Assembly (NCBI RefSeq): GCF_036321535.1 | Contig: NC_087436.1 | Location: 119,228,001 to 119,292,000, forward strand | Reading direction: 5' to 3' | Length of the DNA: 64,000 bases | Source: Camelus dromedarius | Taxonomy: Eukaryota | Shown: positions 41,011 through 53,643 of the stretch, in pieces | Layout: every line of letters begins with the position of its first letter | Numbering within the stretch: the first letter of the stretch is position 1 | Made by a program: the position numbers and the translations under genes | Notes under the pieces: model-generated | The model's database searches: none | What the model saw: only the letters and a program-made list of their open reading frames with translations | What the model was told of the DNA's origin: nothing

Positions 41011-42345
41011 ATATTAACTATCTATTGCTGCATAACAAATTGCCCCAAAGTTTAGCAGCTTGAAATAACAGGTATTTATTATCTCACATAGTTTCAGCAC
41101 AGGACATTTAATTAGGCTGTAGTCAAGGTATCAGTTGGGTCTGCAGTCATCTCTGGGCTTGCATGGGGCTGGAGGATTCACTTCCAAGATGGCTTACTCA
41201 TGCGGTTATTGGAAGGAGGCTGTTTTTTGCTAGCTGTTGGTAAAAGACCTCAGTTCCTTGCTATGTAGCTTTCTCCACAGATGTCCACAAGAAGTCAGCT
41301 GGTTTTCCCCAGAGCAAATGATTTGAAAGAAAGAAATAACATCTCCTCTTATGACCTAACCTCTTAATTCACAGACCACCATTGCTGCCTTTTTCTGTTT
41401 ACTGTGAGTGAGTCACCATGTCTAGTACACACTCAACGGGGAGGAATATACAAGAGCATGAACAACAAGAGGTGGAGACCATTGGGGGTCACCTTGAAGG
41501 CTGGCCACCACAGTCTGCTCTCCAGCCACTAATGATTCATGTCCCTCTAACATGCAAGCCATACCCTCACCCAAGGTACCCAAAAGTGGCATCCTATTGT
41601 AGCATCATCTCTAAGTCCAGAATTTTGTTATCTAAATTAGGTCAAATGTGGGTAAGTCTCCATGACTGTGGTGTCTTAAGTCCAGACCCTAGACCACAGT
41701 TCTACCCGATCTGTAGAAGTTTAAAACTAAAGAAAGAAATTATTTGCCCCCACACATCCAATATACAATTGTTGGACAGGCCTAGGATAACTGTTACGAG
41801 CATTCCTGTTCAAATAAGGGGAGAAATGGGAGCCACAAGTGAGTCACTGGTGCATAGTAATTCTTCGGCCCACTCTCAAAGTTGAGGAATAATTCTCCGT
41901 GTCTCAGCTCTATCATCTAGGCTCTTGGCTCCACCCTTTGAAGCACACTTCCTTTTTCATGTAGCATGAGTTTACAGATGAGTAATTTTCTCATCCTGTT
42001 CATGCTTCTAGAAGTTTGGAGGGTCCAAAGGCCTTTCATTTTGTACCATCTCAGTCCCTTCTAGTCCAAGCTGCATTGTTTCTTCTGATATAATGATCTT
42101 AAAAAACTGTAGTTTTCCTGTGAATCTCATTAGACTCCATTAGACAAAAGGCCCACCTTCAAATCCCTTTGGATAAGCCCATCTCTACAATGGGCTTCTG
42201 TTGATAATGCCAAGGGACAGGTCCTTAAGCTTCCTAGAGACCCTATTGTTAGAGAGATTCTGTGAGGCACATCTTCAATCTCTTTAAAGAACTGTTATTC
42301 TGACTAAATGGTACTTTGAGCCACCATCTTTGATATTTGAGATTT
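41010..42345. mobile_element. MLT1 LTR plus MaLR internal fragment
   Basis: ctattgctgcataacaaattgccccaaagtttagcagcttgaaataaca...tcacttccaagatggcttactca. Confidence 0.65.
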
Positions 42346-42499
42346 TTTTTTAAGATTTTACATCATTTTCCTCTCTGTTTTTCTCCATTCAACACATAAT
42401 AATGGAGCAACTGGAAAATGGGAGCAAATATTTTAGACAAAGTTGACTTTTTCTTATTTAACAATATATTAGGCCACTAAAGGGGGTGGAGTTTGATGA

Positions 42500-42990
42500 T
42501 ATGAAATTATTTTAAGGCAGGACAGGATTACTTTTAAAAATAAAATTCTCTCTCTGCCCATTTGGGCCACTATCCCTCTTTAGACTGGATGGTGTATCTG
42601 CATTATACATTAACTAGATTCCTTTAGAAGTCTCAGGAGTGCCTGCTTGCCACCCCTCATCCCCCCCCAAAAAAGCAGTTTTCTCCTGGCACAAGGAAGG
42701 TAACGCCTTAGAAGATAACATTCCTTTCTCAAGCCTGTAAGGGCTCACGGTGACCCACTACTCGCCTTGTAGGTGTAGATATGGACCATGTAAACTGTCA
42801 GTATGTTCCTTGTTGAGTAACCCTTTGTCTGGAGAACATGTAATTGTGCTTTGACCCCCAACTGGCGGAACAGCCCTCAGCACTTTCTGAAAGATTGTCT
42901 CTTAGATTATAATCCTCAGGCTGGCTTGAATAAAATTCCCCATTTCTTTCTTTGATTGACTATTGATTAAGAGATATTTTAGAGTCACAA
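42500..42990 (+). mobile_element. ERV1-like LTR upstream of BLOC1S4
   Basis: LTR-like text ending gaataaaattccccatttc...tgactattgatt. Confidence 0.5.
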
Positions 42991-43329
42991 TTCCTTGGTT
43001 TTTCTGGCAGTGTCCGGGATTTGATCCCTACTATAAAGCCATTTCTTAATTTTGTTTCTTTATTTTAATCATCCGAAGAAGCTGAGAACTTTCAAACTCA
43101 TCAAGAGTATAAAAGTTTATCAGTCCACCCTCTTGCTTCTCTCTCTTCTCTCTCAATTTACTATAAACAGCCAGAAGAAACTAAGGGCGGGAGGGAGATC
43201 TTCATGGGTCCTGGACATATTCTACATCTTGACCTGAATGGAGATTACATGGTTGTATGAATATGTAAAAAGTAATCAGTGTGTACACTTAAGATGCATG
43301 AACTTTATCGTATTCCTGTTACACCTTAT

Positions 43330-44170
43330 TATTTTTTTTAAAAAAGTGCTGTGGGTGTGCGCGCGTGCACGTGCGCGGGCGAGCGGGTGCGCGTGCGCGT
43401 ACGTGCTCGCGCGGTGGCCGGAAGTGGGCCTGCATGTTGTGCGTGCGCGTGCGCGCGGAGACCGGAAGCGGGGCTGGCAGTCCGGGCCGTCGCTGGTCAT
43501 GGAGGATCGGCCGGTGGACTGCGGGCCGCCCCGCGAGGGGCCGGCCGAGGAGGCCGAGCCCCAGGTTGCGGCCTGGAGCGGGGACAGCGGCAACGTGTCC
43601 CAGAGCCACAGCAGCGCCTCGGGGCCGTGGGAGGACGAGAGCGGCGAGCTGGGCGCGCCGGGCCGGGACCTGCCGCTGCTGCGCCGCGCCGCCGCGGGCT
43701 ACGCCGCCTGCCTGCTGCCCGGCGCGGGGGTGCGGCCTGAGGTCGAGGCGCTGGACGCGAGCCTGGAGGACCTGCTCACCAGGGTGGACGAGTTTGTGGG
43801 CATGCTGGACATGCTGCGCGGCGACTCCTCGCACGTCGTCAGCGAGGGCGTGCCGCGCATCTACGCGAAGGCCACCGAGATGCGGCGGGTCTACAGCAAG
43901 ATCGACCGGCTCGAGGCCTTCGTCGGGATGATCGGCTCCAGCGTGGCCAGGTTGGAGGAGCAGGTCGCCAGGGCGGAGGCCGAGCTGGGGACTTTTCCCA
44001 GCACATTCAGGAAATTTCTGCACACCATTAACGTGCCCTCCTTCTTCAACAAGGCGCCTTCCAGCAGGTCACAGCCGACCGGCTACGAACCCCCCGTCCT
44101 GTTTCGGACCGAAGACCACTTTCCCTGTTGCGGCGAAAGACCTTAAATCTGAGTCCGCCGGGCAGTGCTG
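43330..44170 (+). promoter_or_regulatory. CpG island / promoter of BLOC1S4
   Basis: NRF1-like (GCGC/GTGC)n arrays 43356-43456; ETS CCGGAAGT at 43419 and CCGGAAGC at 43462. Confidence 0.85.
43499..44146 (+). CDS. BLOC1S4: biogenesis of lysosome-related organelles complex 1 subunit 4 (cappuccino), 215 aa, intronless
   Basis: MEDRP...AAWSGDSGNVSQSHSSASGPWEDE...LDASLEDLLTRVDEFVGMLDMLRGDSSHVVSEGVPRI...YEPPVLFRTEDHFPCC; strong Kozak gtcATGg. Confidence 0.95.
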   Translation: MEDRPVDCGPPREGPAEEAEPQVAAWSGDSGNVSQSHSSASGPWEDESGELGAPGRDLPLLRRAAAGYAACLLPGAGVRPEVEALDASLEDLLTRVDEFVGMLDMLRGDSSHVVSEGVPRIYAKATEMRRVYSKIDRLEAFVGMIGSSVARLEEQVARAEAELGTFPSTFRKFLHTINVPSFFNKAPSSRSQPTGYEPPVLFRTEDHFPCCGERP

Positions 44171-44774
44171 CAGGAGGACACGGTCTCAAATTATCTTGAG
44201 TATTAATTTAATCAGTTGGAAGTCCTGTTACTAGACATACATGACATTGGTGTATGGAATTTTAAAGTTTTTTTTTTTTTGCACAATTTCCCTCTGTCTT
44301 CACTGTTTCACGTAGATGAATGATTTTCTACGTCTTCCAGTTCAAACTTGAAAACTGGTGCGGAGCGGGGTGGGGGGAGGGGAATCCGGGAAGTAAAATG
44401 AATGAACTTGGTTCACTGTGCCAGAAATGTTATTTTTATGGATTTTACAGGTTAACTGTTACTTTTTCAAGATTTGTATATTTGTATACTCTTAAGAAAA
44501 ACTACTGAACCTTTAAAGCCTTGTTATTTCGATCCTAACAGTGATTCCGTTTTCTATAGTTTACTTTTAGGGTAGAAGGTAAATTATTAAACATTATACT
44601 AAGCTTTCCATATAATGGATTGTAAGCCGAAGGAAATTATACAGTTTCTGAGAAAGTATTGACTTACTGCAACTAATTCTGAGGCTGATTCTGAAAGTAC
44701 AACCTCACAATCTTAATTTGTCCACAGCAAGAAGGTCTATACGTAATTGCCAACATTTGGTTTATCATTTAAAT

Positions 44775-44780
44775 AATAAA
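44775..44780 (+). terminator. BLOC1S4 candidate polyadenylation signal AATAAA
   Basis: First AATAAA about 630 nt after the stop, followed by T-rich sequence. Confidence 0.55.
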
Positions 44781-45671
44781 AAATTTAAGTTTTACTGAAA
44801 ACGCTTTCCATCTGAAAGGGACTTTACATATTTCCCTTCTTTGTTTGAAAGTTGACATGTTGTGCTTATGATTTTAGGAGTGGGAAAAAGAAAAGTGGCT
44901 TGGGGCTGGGGTCTAAGAAGCTTTGAGAGGAGCACCCCAAATGTTAGCTACTGTTTCACAGAATTATTAATGACAATGGTTTAACTGTTCATTTTGAGGG
45001 GAAAGAATTCTTAAATCATTTGTGTGAACGGCGGGTGCTAGGATTTTGTTCTTTCACAACCTGACAACATGGACTTCTAAAGATCCCGTGCAGCTACAAC
45101 AGGCTTTGATTCTGGTTTTCGTCTGTTTTATAAGGTGGTCATTGTAGTCAGCAGAGCTCAGACAAGCATACAGCTCAGGCTGCTTTTGTGCCATTTGTCA
45201 CAGGTCGTTGAGGTTGATTGAGTAGGTGTATTCTCACTTAGCTCTGTATTACGAAGAATCTGATCTTGTAATCTCAACCTTAGCTTTCATGGACCTTCTG
45301 TGTAACACAGTTACATTTTTTAATTCAGGCAGCTCACTGACAAATTGAAGAACTGAATTTAGAAGTGGAAAGAATGAGTAACCTACATTTAGTATCTGGC
45401 GACTGCTGGGCAGTGCTCTAAGGATTTATATGCCTATGACATACTCACTGAATATGAAAATAGCTTCTTTACATAACATGTATATTACTAAAGTGGTTTT
45501 TAAACTTGTGAATATTAAAAAGTCAGTAATTAAGACAAATTACGAAAAAGTTGAATAACTTTAAAGCTGAGATTTAATATCTGCATAATAGAAACCCCAA
45601 ATTCCAGAACACATAAGTTAACAAGTGGGCTATAAAGTAAAACTTTCCTAACTAGAAATAGATAATGTTGC

Positions 45672-45722
45672 TATATATATATATATACTTATATATATAA
45701 ATATGTATATGTATATATATAT
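45672..45722 (+). repeat. (TA)n-rich microsatellite
   Basis: Direct inspection. Confidence 0.9.
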
Positions 45723-48599
45723 GAGAAAGTAAATTGTGTTGAGAAAATTAAAAGTATAATAACCAGTGAAAGTGAAATTCAGCTTAACAGTTTTTAAAGC
45801 TAATTATAAACAGTTTACTGGCAGGACATTTAAAAAAAACAGTCCTGGTTTAGAAGATAATTTGCTTATATGTGTCCCTTACCTCTAAGGGAACTTGGGC
45901 TCTGAAATTCTCTTGGTTAATTAGTGGTGTCCCAGAGGTTTCGACATAGAGGCGAGTGGAGGGCCTTGTCTGGAACGTGGACTTGAAGCAGACTTGCAAA
46001 GTACAGACACATTAGATAAAAGTCACTTTTCTGTTCTAGAATGCGGGTTGGGGGAGCCAGGCACACCCCAGCTCTCTTTGGCACTACCAGACCACCTTCA
46101 GACCTCCTGGCTCCCTCCTCTCCCACCTCTTACCAGCTGGAGAATTAAGAAGACCCTTGTGGATCTTGGAAAACTGGTCCTTCCCCCTCTAGCTAAATCT
46201 GTAACAAGTTGGGAGAGAGGCTCCCACTCCTGAAGCAGTAGAGTGAGGCCCAGTTTTTGTCCTCGGTGAGCCCTGCAGACCATCTCTGCTGCTGGGGTCT
46301 AGGGCTCCCCTACTTCCTAGAAGAATAAACAGGGATGGGGCTGGGGCCTAAGAAGGTTTGAGAGGAGCACCCTAACAATCATACTGGAGTCAGTTAACAC
46401 ATTCACTTCACACCTGAGAGCACAATAATTACTTTGAGTTTTCAGGAATGCACAGGATATCCCTTGTCCACAGGCAGCCTCGGGCATCCAGGAGTCACTT
46501 TGGACGCATACATACAATTGGGTACTAATTATTCACATGTATAAAATTGGGTACAAATGAGGTAGTAAGCACCTTGTGGCTTCTTATCCTCCAAGCCAGA
46601 ACTTTTAGGACTATGAGTCTTGGACCACGTGTGAGGAGGTGGGTCCATCATGAATGTAAGAATGTGAATTCTGTCCTACGTGTTGGGAATGTAATTTGGT
46701 GCCGTCAGTATGGAAAACAGTATGGAGATTTCTTTAAAAAACTAAAACCAGAGTTAACATCTCACCGGGGCCACTCAGCCGAACCTTAATGGTTTCCTGC
46801 TTCCCCCATCCCCTCTCCAAGCCACGTTTCACATAGCACACGGCGGCCAGAGGGGTCTTTAAAAACCAGACATCAGACACGTTGGGCTTTGCCTTAAACC
46901 CTCATAGATTTCCCTCATTATGTTCAAATAAAATCCAAAATTTGTGCTGTGGTCAGCCTGCAGGATCTGGTCCTCACACCCTCACAGACCGTGGCCTGGG
47001 CTTCTCTCCCCTCCGTCACTCAACATCCTTCCAGCTTCACCTCGGTCCTGGGACATGCCAGGCATGTCCCCCACATGGCACTCACCACTGTTGTGTCTGG
47101 GTCGTTATGTGATGACATCCTCACACACCTCCAGGCGGGCACGGGCTCTGACGGTCCTGCTCCTCCTGGGCTCTATGCTCACCTCGTGCCCAGCACGCTC
47201 AACACCTGAGTGAGTGACGCAGACCTGCAGAGTGAATACAGCTAGAAGAAAGCTGGGCACCCCGTGAGGCTTGTGGGGCAGACTGGCAAAAACAGTAACT
47301 CAGTCACATGTTTACTGGGAAATCAAGCACCATGGGAGGGCTGAAGACCTAATGGCAAATAAGATGTGGTTTTTCTCCCAAGAACTGGACAGGCCAGTGC
47401 GAGCGAGAGACTCAGACACGCACTTAGTCCAACCCAAAGTTCATGGACTAAACTTACTAAGTCCGCAGGGGTATTCCTGGGGCTCCAGGAAGGCCGCGTT
47501 CTTACCGTGCCTCAGGGATGCTGATCTAGAACGCGTAGAACTATCTTTCTAGAGACTTCATTTACAAAAGGTTAAAAATCATTTGTAAAACAACATTTTC
47601 CAAAGTGACCTAAATCCTTAGTCCCAGTAATAGAGAAGGAAATGCATTTCTTTTAGAATGAGATTCTTCTCTGTGATTTTCATCCTCAAAGGGGAGGGGT
47701 CAGCCTATGATTGCGGGAGACCCCGGGGTAGGAGGAAGGGAGTGACTGGGACAAATGCTCCTGTAATTCCAAGTGTCCTTGGCTGCAGTAACAGCTCCTT
47801 CCCAGAAAGGGGCGCTGTGGGAGAAGGAACAGCCACCTGAAAGCAGCTGGTCGCCCCCAGCCTTCAGGACTTAAACGCACCAGCATCTGGCAGGCAGAGC
47901 CACCAGACCCTGTCCACCAGAGGGGTTCACAGTGCGAGGACCACAGCTGGCTGCTCGCCTTGCACCGGGCGTGGGGGGGTGGGGACAGTAGCTGAGGGCA
48001 ACACCCCTCTCCCTGTTTGCTGTCCTCGCCCCCCTGCTCTTCTCTCTCCTGAAACAAGCATGCTCATTTATTTATTTGCTTGTTGTTTTTCTGACTCCCC
48101 CACTAGGGCGAGGAGCATGGCCTTTGTCCATTTTGTGCGGCCCCGAATCTGTAGCACCTGGCACAGTGCTGGGCACACGACAGGAGCTCGAAACGCATGT
48201 GAATGAATGTCCAGGACTGATGTTAATTCAGCTCCTTGTCCTGGCAAAACTGATTTCAGTGTTTTCCTAGGGGGAAAAAAAACAGACCCCCTCCCCTCCT
48301 ACACCACCTCCCTTCCCCTCATACAAAGTATCTGTCACTGTCTAGATTGTGAAATGTTCCCCAGAGACTTTCTCAGTAGCCCATGGTTCCCTGTGACACT
48401 ATGACTCGAGATAAGAACCAGCAGGATGGGAGGGTTTAAGGGGCATGTTAGTGATGTGACAATTGTGGGTAGTTTGGGACAGATTGAAGTTCAAGTGCCA
48501 GCACTACTGCTTTATAAGATTGTTCAGGAAGGCATTCGAGTTGCAAACGTAAGTGTTCTTTGATTTTTTTTCTGTAATTTTTTTATAGTTCAATCATTG

Positions 48600-49485
48600 T
48601 TATTCTTTTCTCCAAAAAATTGTGGTAAAATACACATAACATAACTTACCATCTTAACCATTTTTTCGGCGTCCAGTTCAGTGGCATTAAGTACATTCAC
48701 ACCGTGTGCAGCTGTCAGCACCATCCCTCTCCACAACCCTTCATCTTGCAAAACTGAAACTCTGTCCACGTTCAACAGCTCCCCACCCCAACTCCCCCAG
48801 CCCCTGGGGACCAGACTTACAGTTTCTGCCTCAGTGGATTTGACTACTCTGAGGACCCCATGTGAGGACAATCACGCAGTATTTGTCTTCTTGTAACTAG
48901 GTTATTTCATTGAGCATAATGTCTTCAAGTTTCATCCACGTTGTAGTGTGTGACAATTTCTTTTTTTACTGAAGTATAGTTGACTTACAATGTTATGTTA
49001 GTTTCAGGTGTGCATCAAAGTGATTCTGTTGTGTATGTATATATATATATATTCTTTTTCAGATTCTTTTCCATTATAGGTTATTACAAGATATCAAAAG
49101 GATTTCTTTCCTTTTTAAGGCTGAAAAATATCCCATTGTGTGGACGGTCCACATCTTGTTTATCCTGTTGCTGGACACTTGGATTGCTTCTACCTTTTGG
49201 CTATTGTGAGTAATGCTGCTATGAAGGGGGTGTGGGGGGTATAAATATCTCTTTGAGACCCCACTTTCAGTGTGGGGGATATGCACCCAGAAGTGGAGTT
49301 GCTGGATCACATGGTGGTTCTCTTTTCAATATTTTGAGGAACCACCATAGTGTTTCCACAGTGGCTGCACCATTGACATTCCCACCAGCCGTGGGTGAGA
49401 GTCCTGGATCCTCCACAGCCTCACCAACACGTGTTATTCTTGGAGTCTTTTTGACCATGGCCATCCTGATGGGTGTGAGGTGATG
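48600..49485 (-). mobile_element. L1MB-like 3' end with a nested ~135-bp young L1 3' tip (~48958-49092)
   Basis: Old L1 3'UTR text is interrupted by tttttttactgaagtatagttgacttacaatg...ttattacaagatatc. Confidence 0.75.
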
Positions 49486-50219
49486 AGGAGGCAGAGGTAT
49501 TTCAGGGTAGATGATACCAATAGCAATGGTAACAATGCCACCAGGTGCTCTGTTCCCCTGTCTCCCTGAGTCACTATCCTATCCACCCTCCCCACCAGCA
49601 CCCAGGAGGAGAGTGATTTATCTGGGCGCGGGGTGCAAGCCTTGGGCCTCCCGGGCTCATTTCTTGGCTGGGTGGAGTTACTGAATTACAGTCACTGTCC
49701 CCGCAGAGTTTCCTTCATTGTTGGCTTTGGCCGGGTGGGCAGATGGGCAGTTGTCCCTGCAGCCACTGTGATCTGCTCAGGAAACCCACCTTCCTGGCAG
49801 TGGGCAGCAGGGCCCAGGTAGAGCTCTTTGCCCACAGGGACAAGCCCCACCTCCATTCCAGCACACAGGTAACGAAGCTCGGAGAACAAGAAGGACCACT
49901 AACCTTCAGGGAGCCGAGCTGCACCCTGGCCTCCTGGTGTACCAGCTGAGCCCATCCAGGCTGGCAGGGATGCGCCACCTGCAGAACCCGCTCTGCCAGA
50001 GAGAGGCAGAAGCTGGATGCCAACTCTGACTTCAGAGACACCAATTCAGGGACTCCAAAGAAACCAAAAGAGGTGGGCGGCCACACTCAAGCTGCAGACA
50101 GGTATTGACTCACAGCTAAGAAGCCAAAAAACTACCGTCACGCAGGGGGCATACCACCTGGAATTTTGTTAATAAATTGCACACAGACCACCAAGACTTC
50201 AAACGGGATCTTCTCAGTG

Positions 50220-51180
50220 TCTTTTTTTGTTTCTTCTGCCTACTTTGGATTGAATTTGCTCTCCTTTTTTCTAGTTTCCTAAGATAGAAGCTCAGATGAT
50301 TGATTTTAGACGCGTCTTCTGAAAGACGCGTCAATTTCCCTCACTGCGTTCCCCCAAATGCTGATGCGCTGTATTTTCACTCTCATGTAGCTCAGGATCT
50401 TTAACTATCTCTCTTGAGATTTCTTCTTTGACTCATGTGTTATTTAGAAGAGTATTCTTTCATCTCCAAGTATCTTGGGGTTTCCCAGCCATCCTTCTGT
50501 CCCTGACTGTCTGAGCGTGTACATTGTATGGTGGGTGTTCTTTTAAACATGAGGTGTATTTTATGACCTGTCTTAGTGGTCTATCTTGGTGAGTGTTCTG
50601 TGTGAGCTCGAGAAGAGTGTGCATTCTGCTGCTGCTGGATGAAGTAGTCTTAGTGTTTTTATTCTGAAGTCATCTTAGACTTGCAGAGAAGTTGCAAAAA
50701 TAATTTAGAGAGCTCCCGCACGGCCTTCCCCCAGCTACCCAGTGACAGCATCTTACAAAACCATAATGCGACGGCCAGGACCTGGAAGCTGACAGGCACA
50801 GTACTACGAACCAAACCACAGACCTTATTTAGATTTCTCCTGCTTTTCCATGCTCTCTCTTTTTCTCTTTGTATATAGTTCTGTGAATGTTATTGCATGT
50901 AGATTTGTGTAACCACCACCCCAATCAGGATACAGAACTGTTCTGTCATTACAGAAAAAAATCTCTCGTGCTACCCCCCGTGGCCACCCCCTCACCACCC
51001 CAACGCCTGCAACCACTGATCTGCGCTCCCCGCTTATGTGTATAATTTTTATGTTGAGAGTGATATGTGAATGGGGTCCCAGCATACAGTCTTCTGAGAG
51101 TGGCTTTGTCCACACAGCACAATGCCCTGAGCTCCATCCAGGCTGTCCCCTGTGTCCAGAGTTTATTCCTTTTGGTGTCA
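50220..51180 (-). mobile_element. old L1 fragments (ORF2 and L1MC-like 3'UTR)
   Basis: ttctagtttcctaagatagaagctcagatgattgatttt...; agatttgtgtaaccaccaccccaatcaggatacagaactgttc. Confidence 0.65.
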
Positions 51181-53397
51181 TGTTGTCTCTCTTCCCTTCT
51201 TGGAAAGAGGCCTTGACTCCTTTCCTCTCCCCCAGGTCTGGGCTCTGTGCAGGCTGGATGCTCTCCCGAGGGCCCTGGGCAGTGATTCCCCTCGGCCTGT
51301 CTCCACAGCCAGCATGGACTCTGCCTTGTGCCCATCCTCTCACTCACTTCTGCTAGGTGAGGACTGAGAGGTGATCTCATTTTTCAGACGGGAAGCAGAA
51401 GCACAGAGACGATGTCATTTGCTTCTAATCTGGCTGTGAGCAGAGTGCCTTGCATGCTGGAGAGCCACTCCAGCCCACCCCCGTGGACCACTGCGCCATC
51501 CCGCTCCCCATGCAGGATGCTCCCAGGATGGTCCAGGATGGAGAAAGCCTCTGGCAGAGGTTTCATCCATGCTGAGACCTGAACCAGAAGAGGGAGGCAG
51601 GCAGGCTGACCGCAATCGGCAGAGCAGAGCAGCTGAGGCCCAAGGGAACAACAAGGGCAAAGGCCCTGAGTTGGCCAGAGGTGTGGCGCCCAGGCCGTCT
51701 GTGAGGTTCCTGAGTGAAGACAGGGGAGGAAGGCCCTGGTGTGGGGTGTTCATCCCCTACCTGTGGGAATTCCACTTCCTGGCCATTTGTCCTGACTGTC
51801 ACTGGACAAATCTGGGGCAGTGATAATGGGGCTCGAACCTGACCCTTGCACAGAGAAAGGACAGAAAGCCACACTCTTTCAGGTGGAGATCTGTGCCCAT
51901 GTGTGTGTGCGGATGTGCGCGCGCGTGCGCGTGTGCGTGTGCGTGCGTGTGTGCGGTGTTGAGACAGGGTCCACTGGATGTGGGGGCTCTGGGAGCCCTC
52001 AGCCATGGGGGGCGGGGGACTGGATCTCTTGAGAAGGCAGAGGGAACGACACACAAGAGGTGGCACAGTGAAGCGGTGAGTGCCTGGTTCAAGGGCTGGA
52101 CTACGTGGGTTCAAATCCCAGCTCAGCCACCTCTCAGCTGGCTTACTCTGGGAAATCGTATTTACTTCACCTTGCCTCAGTTTCCCCGCCTATAAAATGG
52201 TGATGCTAACACACCTACAGAGGAGCATGTGAGGAACAATGAGCTAATCGAATAGATTCCGCAATTAGCACCTCAGAATGGCGGGAAGGGCGGGGCGGGG
52301 GCGGGGCCACCCACGGCCACGCCCAGTGATGTCAAGGCTCCGACTTCGGTGCTCTTTCTGCATCTTAGTTTTCCTCTTGTATTTTATACTTCTTTATATT
52401 TCCTCCCAGTCTTAGAATCAGCTGGGATTAAAAAAAAAATTACTGCCTGATGAAATGTGTGGTTAGGAGCTGGAAGATACGTAACTTTCAGTGTCTTCTA
52501 GCCTTTGAAGTAACTGAGGCCCAGAGAAGCCAAGGAAACTACCTGAGGTCACACAGCGTATAAGTGGCAGAAATGGAAGCTGGACGCAGGCAGGCTGGTT
52601 CCAGGGTCTGAGTTCTTAGCCACGCCCCTGGATGGCCTCATCTATACATGCAGTTCTTTATTTTTCACCCAACAGACACTGTTTTAAGTTCATAACACGT
52701 TCTGGGTACTGGTCTGGGCATGGAGGACACAGATGTGAATAAGATCCAGTCTCTGACCTCAGGGAACAGTACAGGACAGACAGCTAAAGAGTCATCAAGG
52801 TGGTCCCAAGAAAAAACCTTGGCCTTCTATTTGAGGTCCGAGGTTGGGGTAGGCAGTCAGGGATGGCTCCCTGGAGGGGCTGAGGACTGAGCTGAGCATT
52901 GCAAGATGAGTCAAAGTTTGCCAGAGAGAGATTTCAGGGGAGGGGCATTCCTGGCAGAGGGAACAGCATGTGCAAACACACAGAGACAGAGCATATAATA
53001 CAGTGGAAACATCTTTGTGCAATTAGAGTATGAAAATTCAGCTTGGCATACTGAATTTCACCTTTTTTAAAAGAAAAAAAAAACTGGCTAAGCACGAGAT
53101 GGGAGCAAAGAACCTGCAGCTGGGCTGCTGGTCAGACTCCTACAGGCCTGCAGAGCCTGGGCCTCTTCTGCTGCTGGTTGACTTCAAGTAGCAGGAACCT
53201 CTGGGGCTTGAAGCTTTGAGACTAGAGGGGAGGACAGGAAGTGGGTGGGGCCTCCCAAGCCTCTTCAAAGACTGTGGGCTTTATCTGGGCCCCAGGAGTC
53301 ACTGATGTTCTCCTCAAATAAGTCTGAGGGCACTTTAACCCTGTGGTCGTCTGGTCACCCCACGGCCACTGAGCAGGTAGTGGGTCCAATCTGTACC

Positions 53398-53643
53398 ACA
53401 CTGCCCCCTAGTGACCACAGAGATCTGTAAGGGTGTCAATGATGAGGGATCACCAGGATGACGGAGCCTGACGACGTAAATGGGTGTTGACCTCACTCTG
53501 CGGGAACTTGCCGAGGTTCAAGAGTTTGCCCGATGGTCCAGGAGGGGCAGGGCCAACCCCCACCACCAGCTCCCCCAAGTCAACGCAGGTTCTCAGGCCT
53601 TGGGCTCCTGGACATCCCGCCTCTGGTCACTAGAGGGCAGTGT
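53398..53643. promoter_or_regulatory. divergent pair of CTCF-like motifs
   Basis: tggtcactagggggcagtgt on minus (53398-53417) and tggtcactagagggcagtgt on plus (53624-53643). Confidence 0.6.

Noticed and set aside
43238..43498. 87-aa N-terminal extension of BLOC1S4
   Set aside because: Begins in an L1-like remnant and runs through promoter repeats; ATG 43499 has strong Kozak context and matches the known start.
43276..44023. Overlapping long ORFs in the BLOC1S4 island
   Set aside because: Stop-poor GC-rich shadows.
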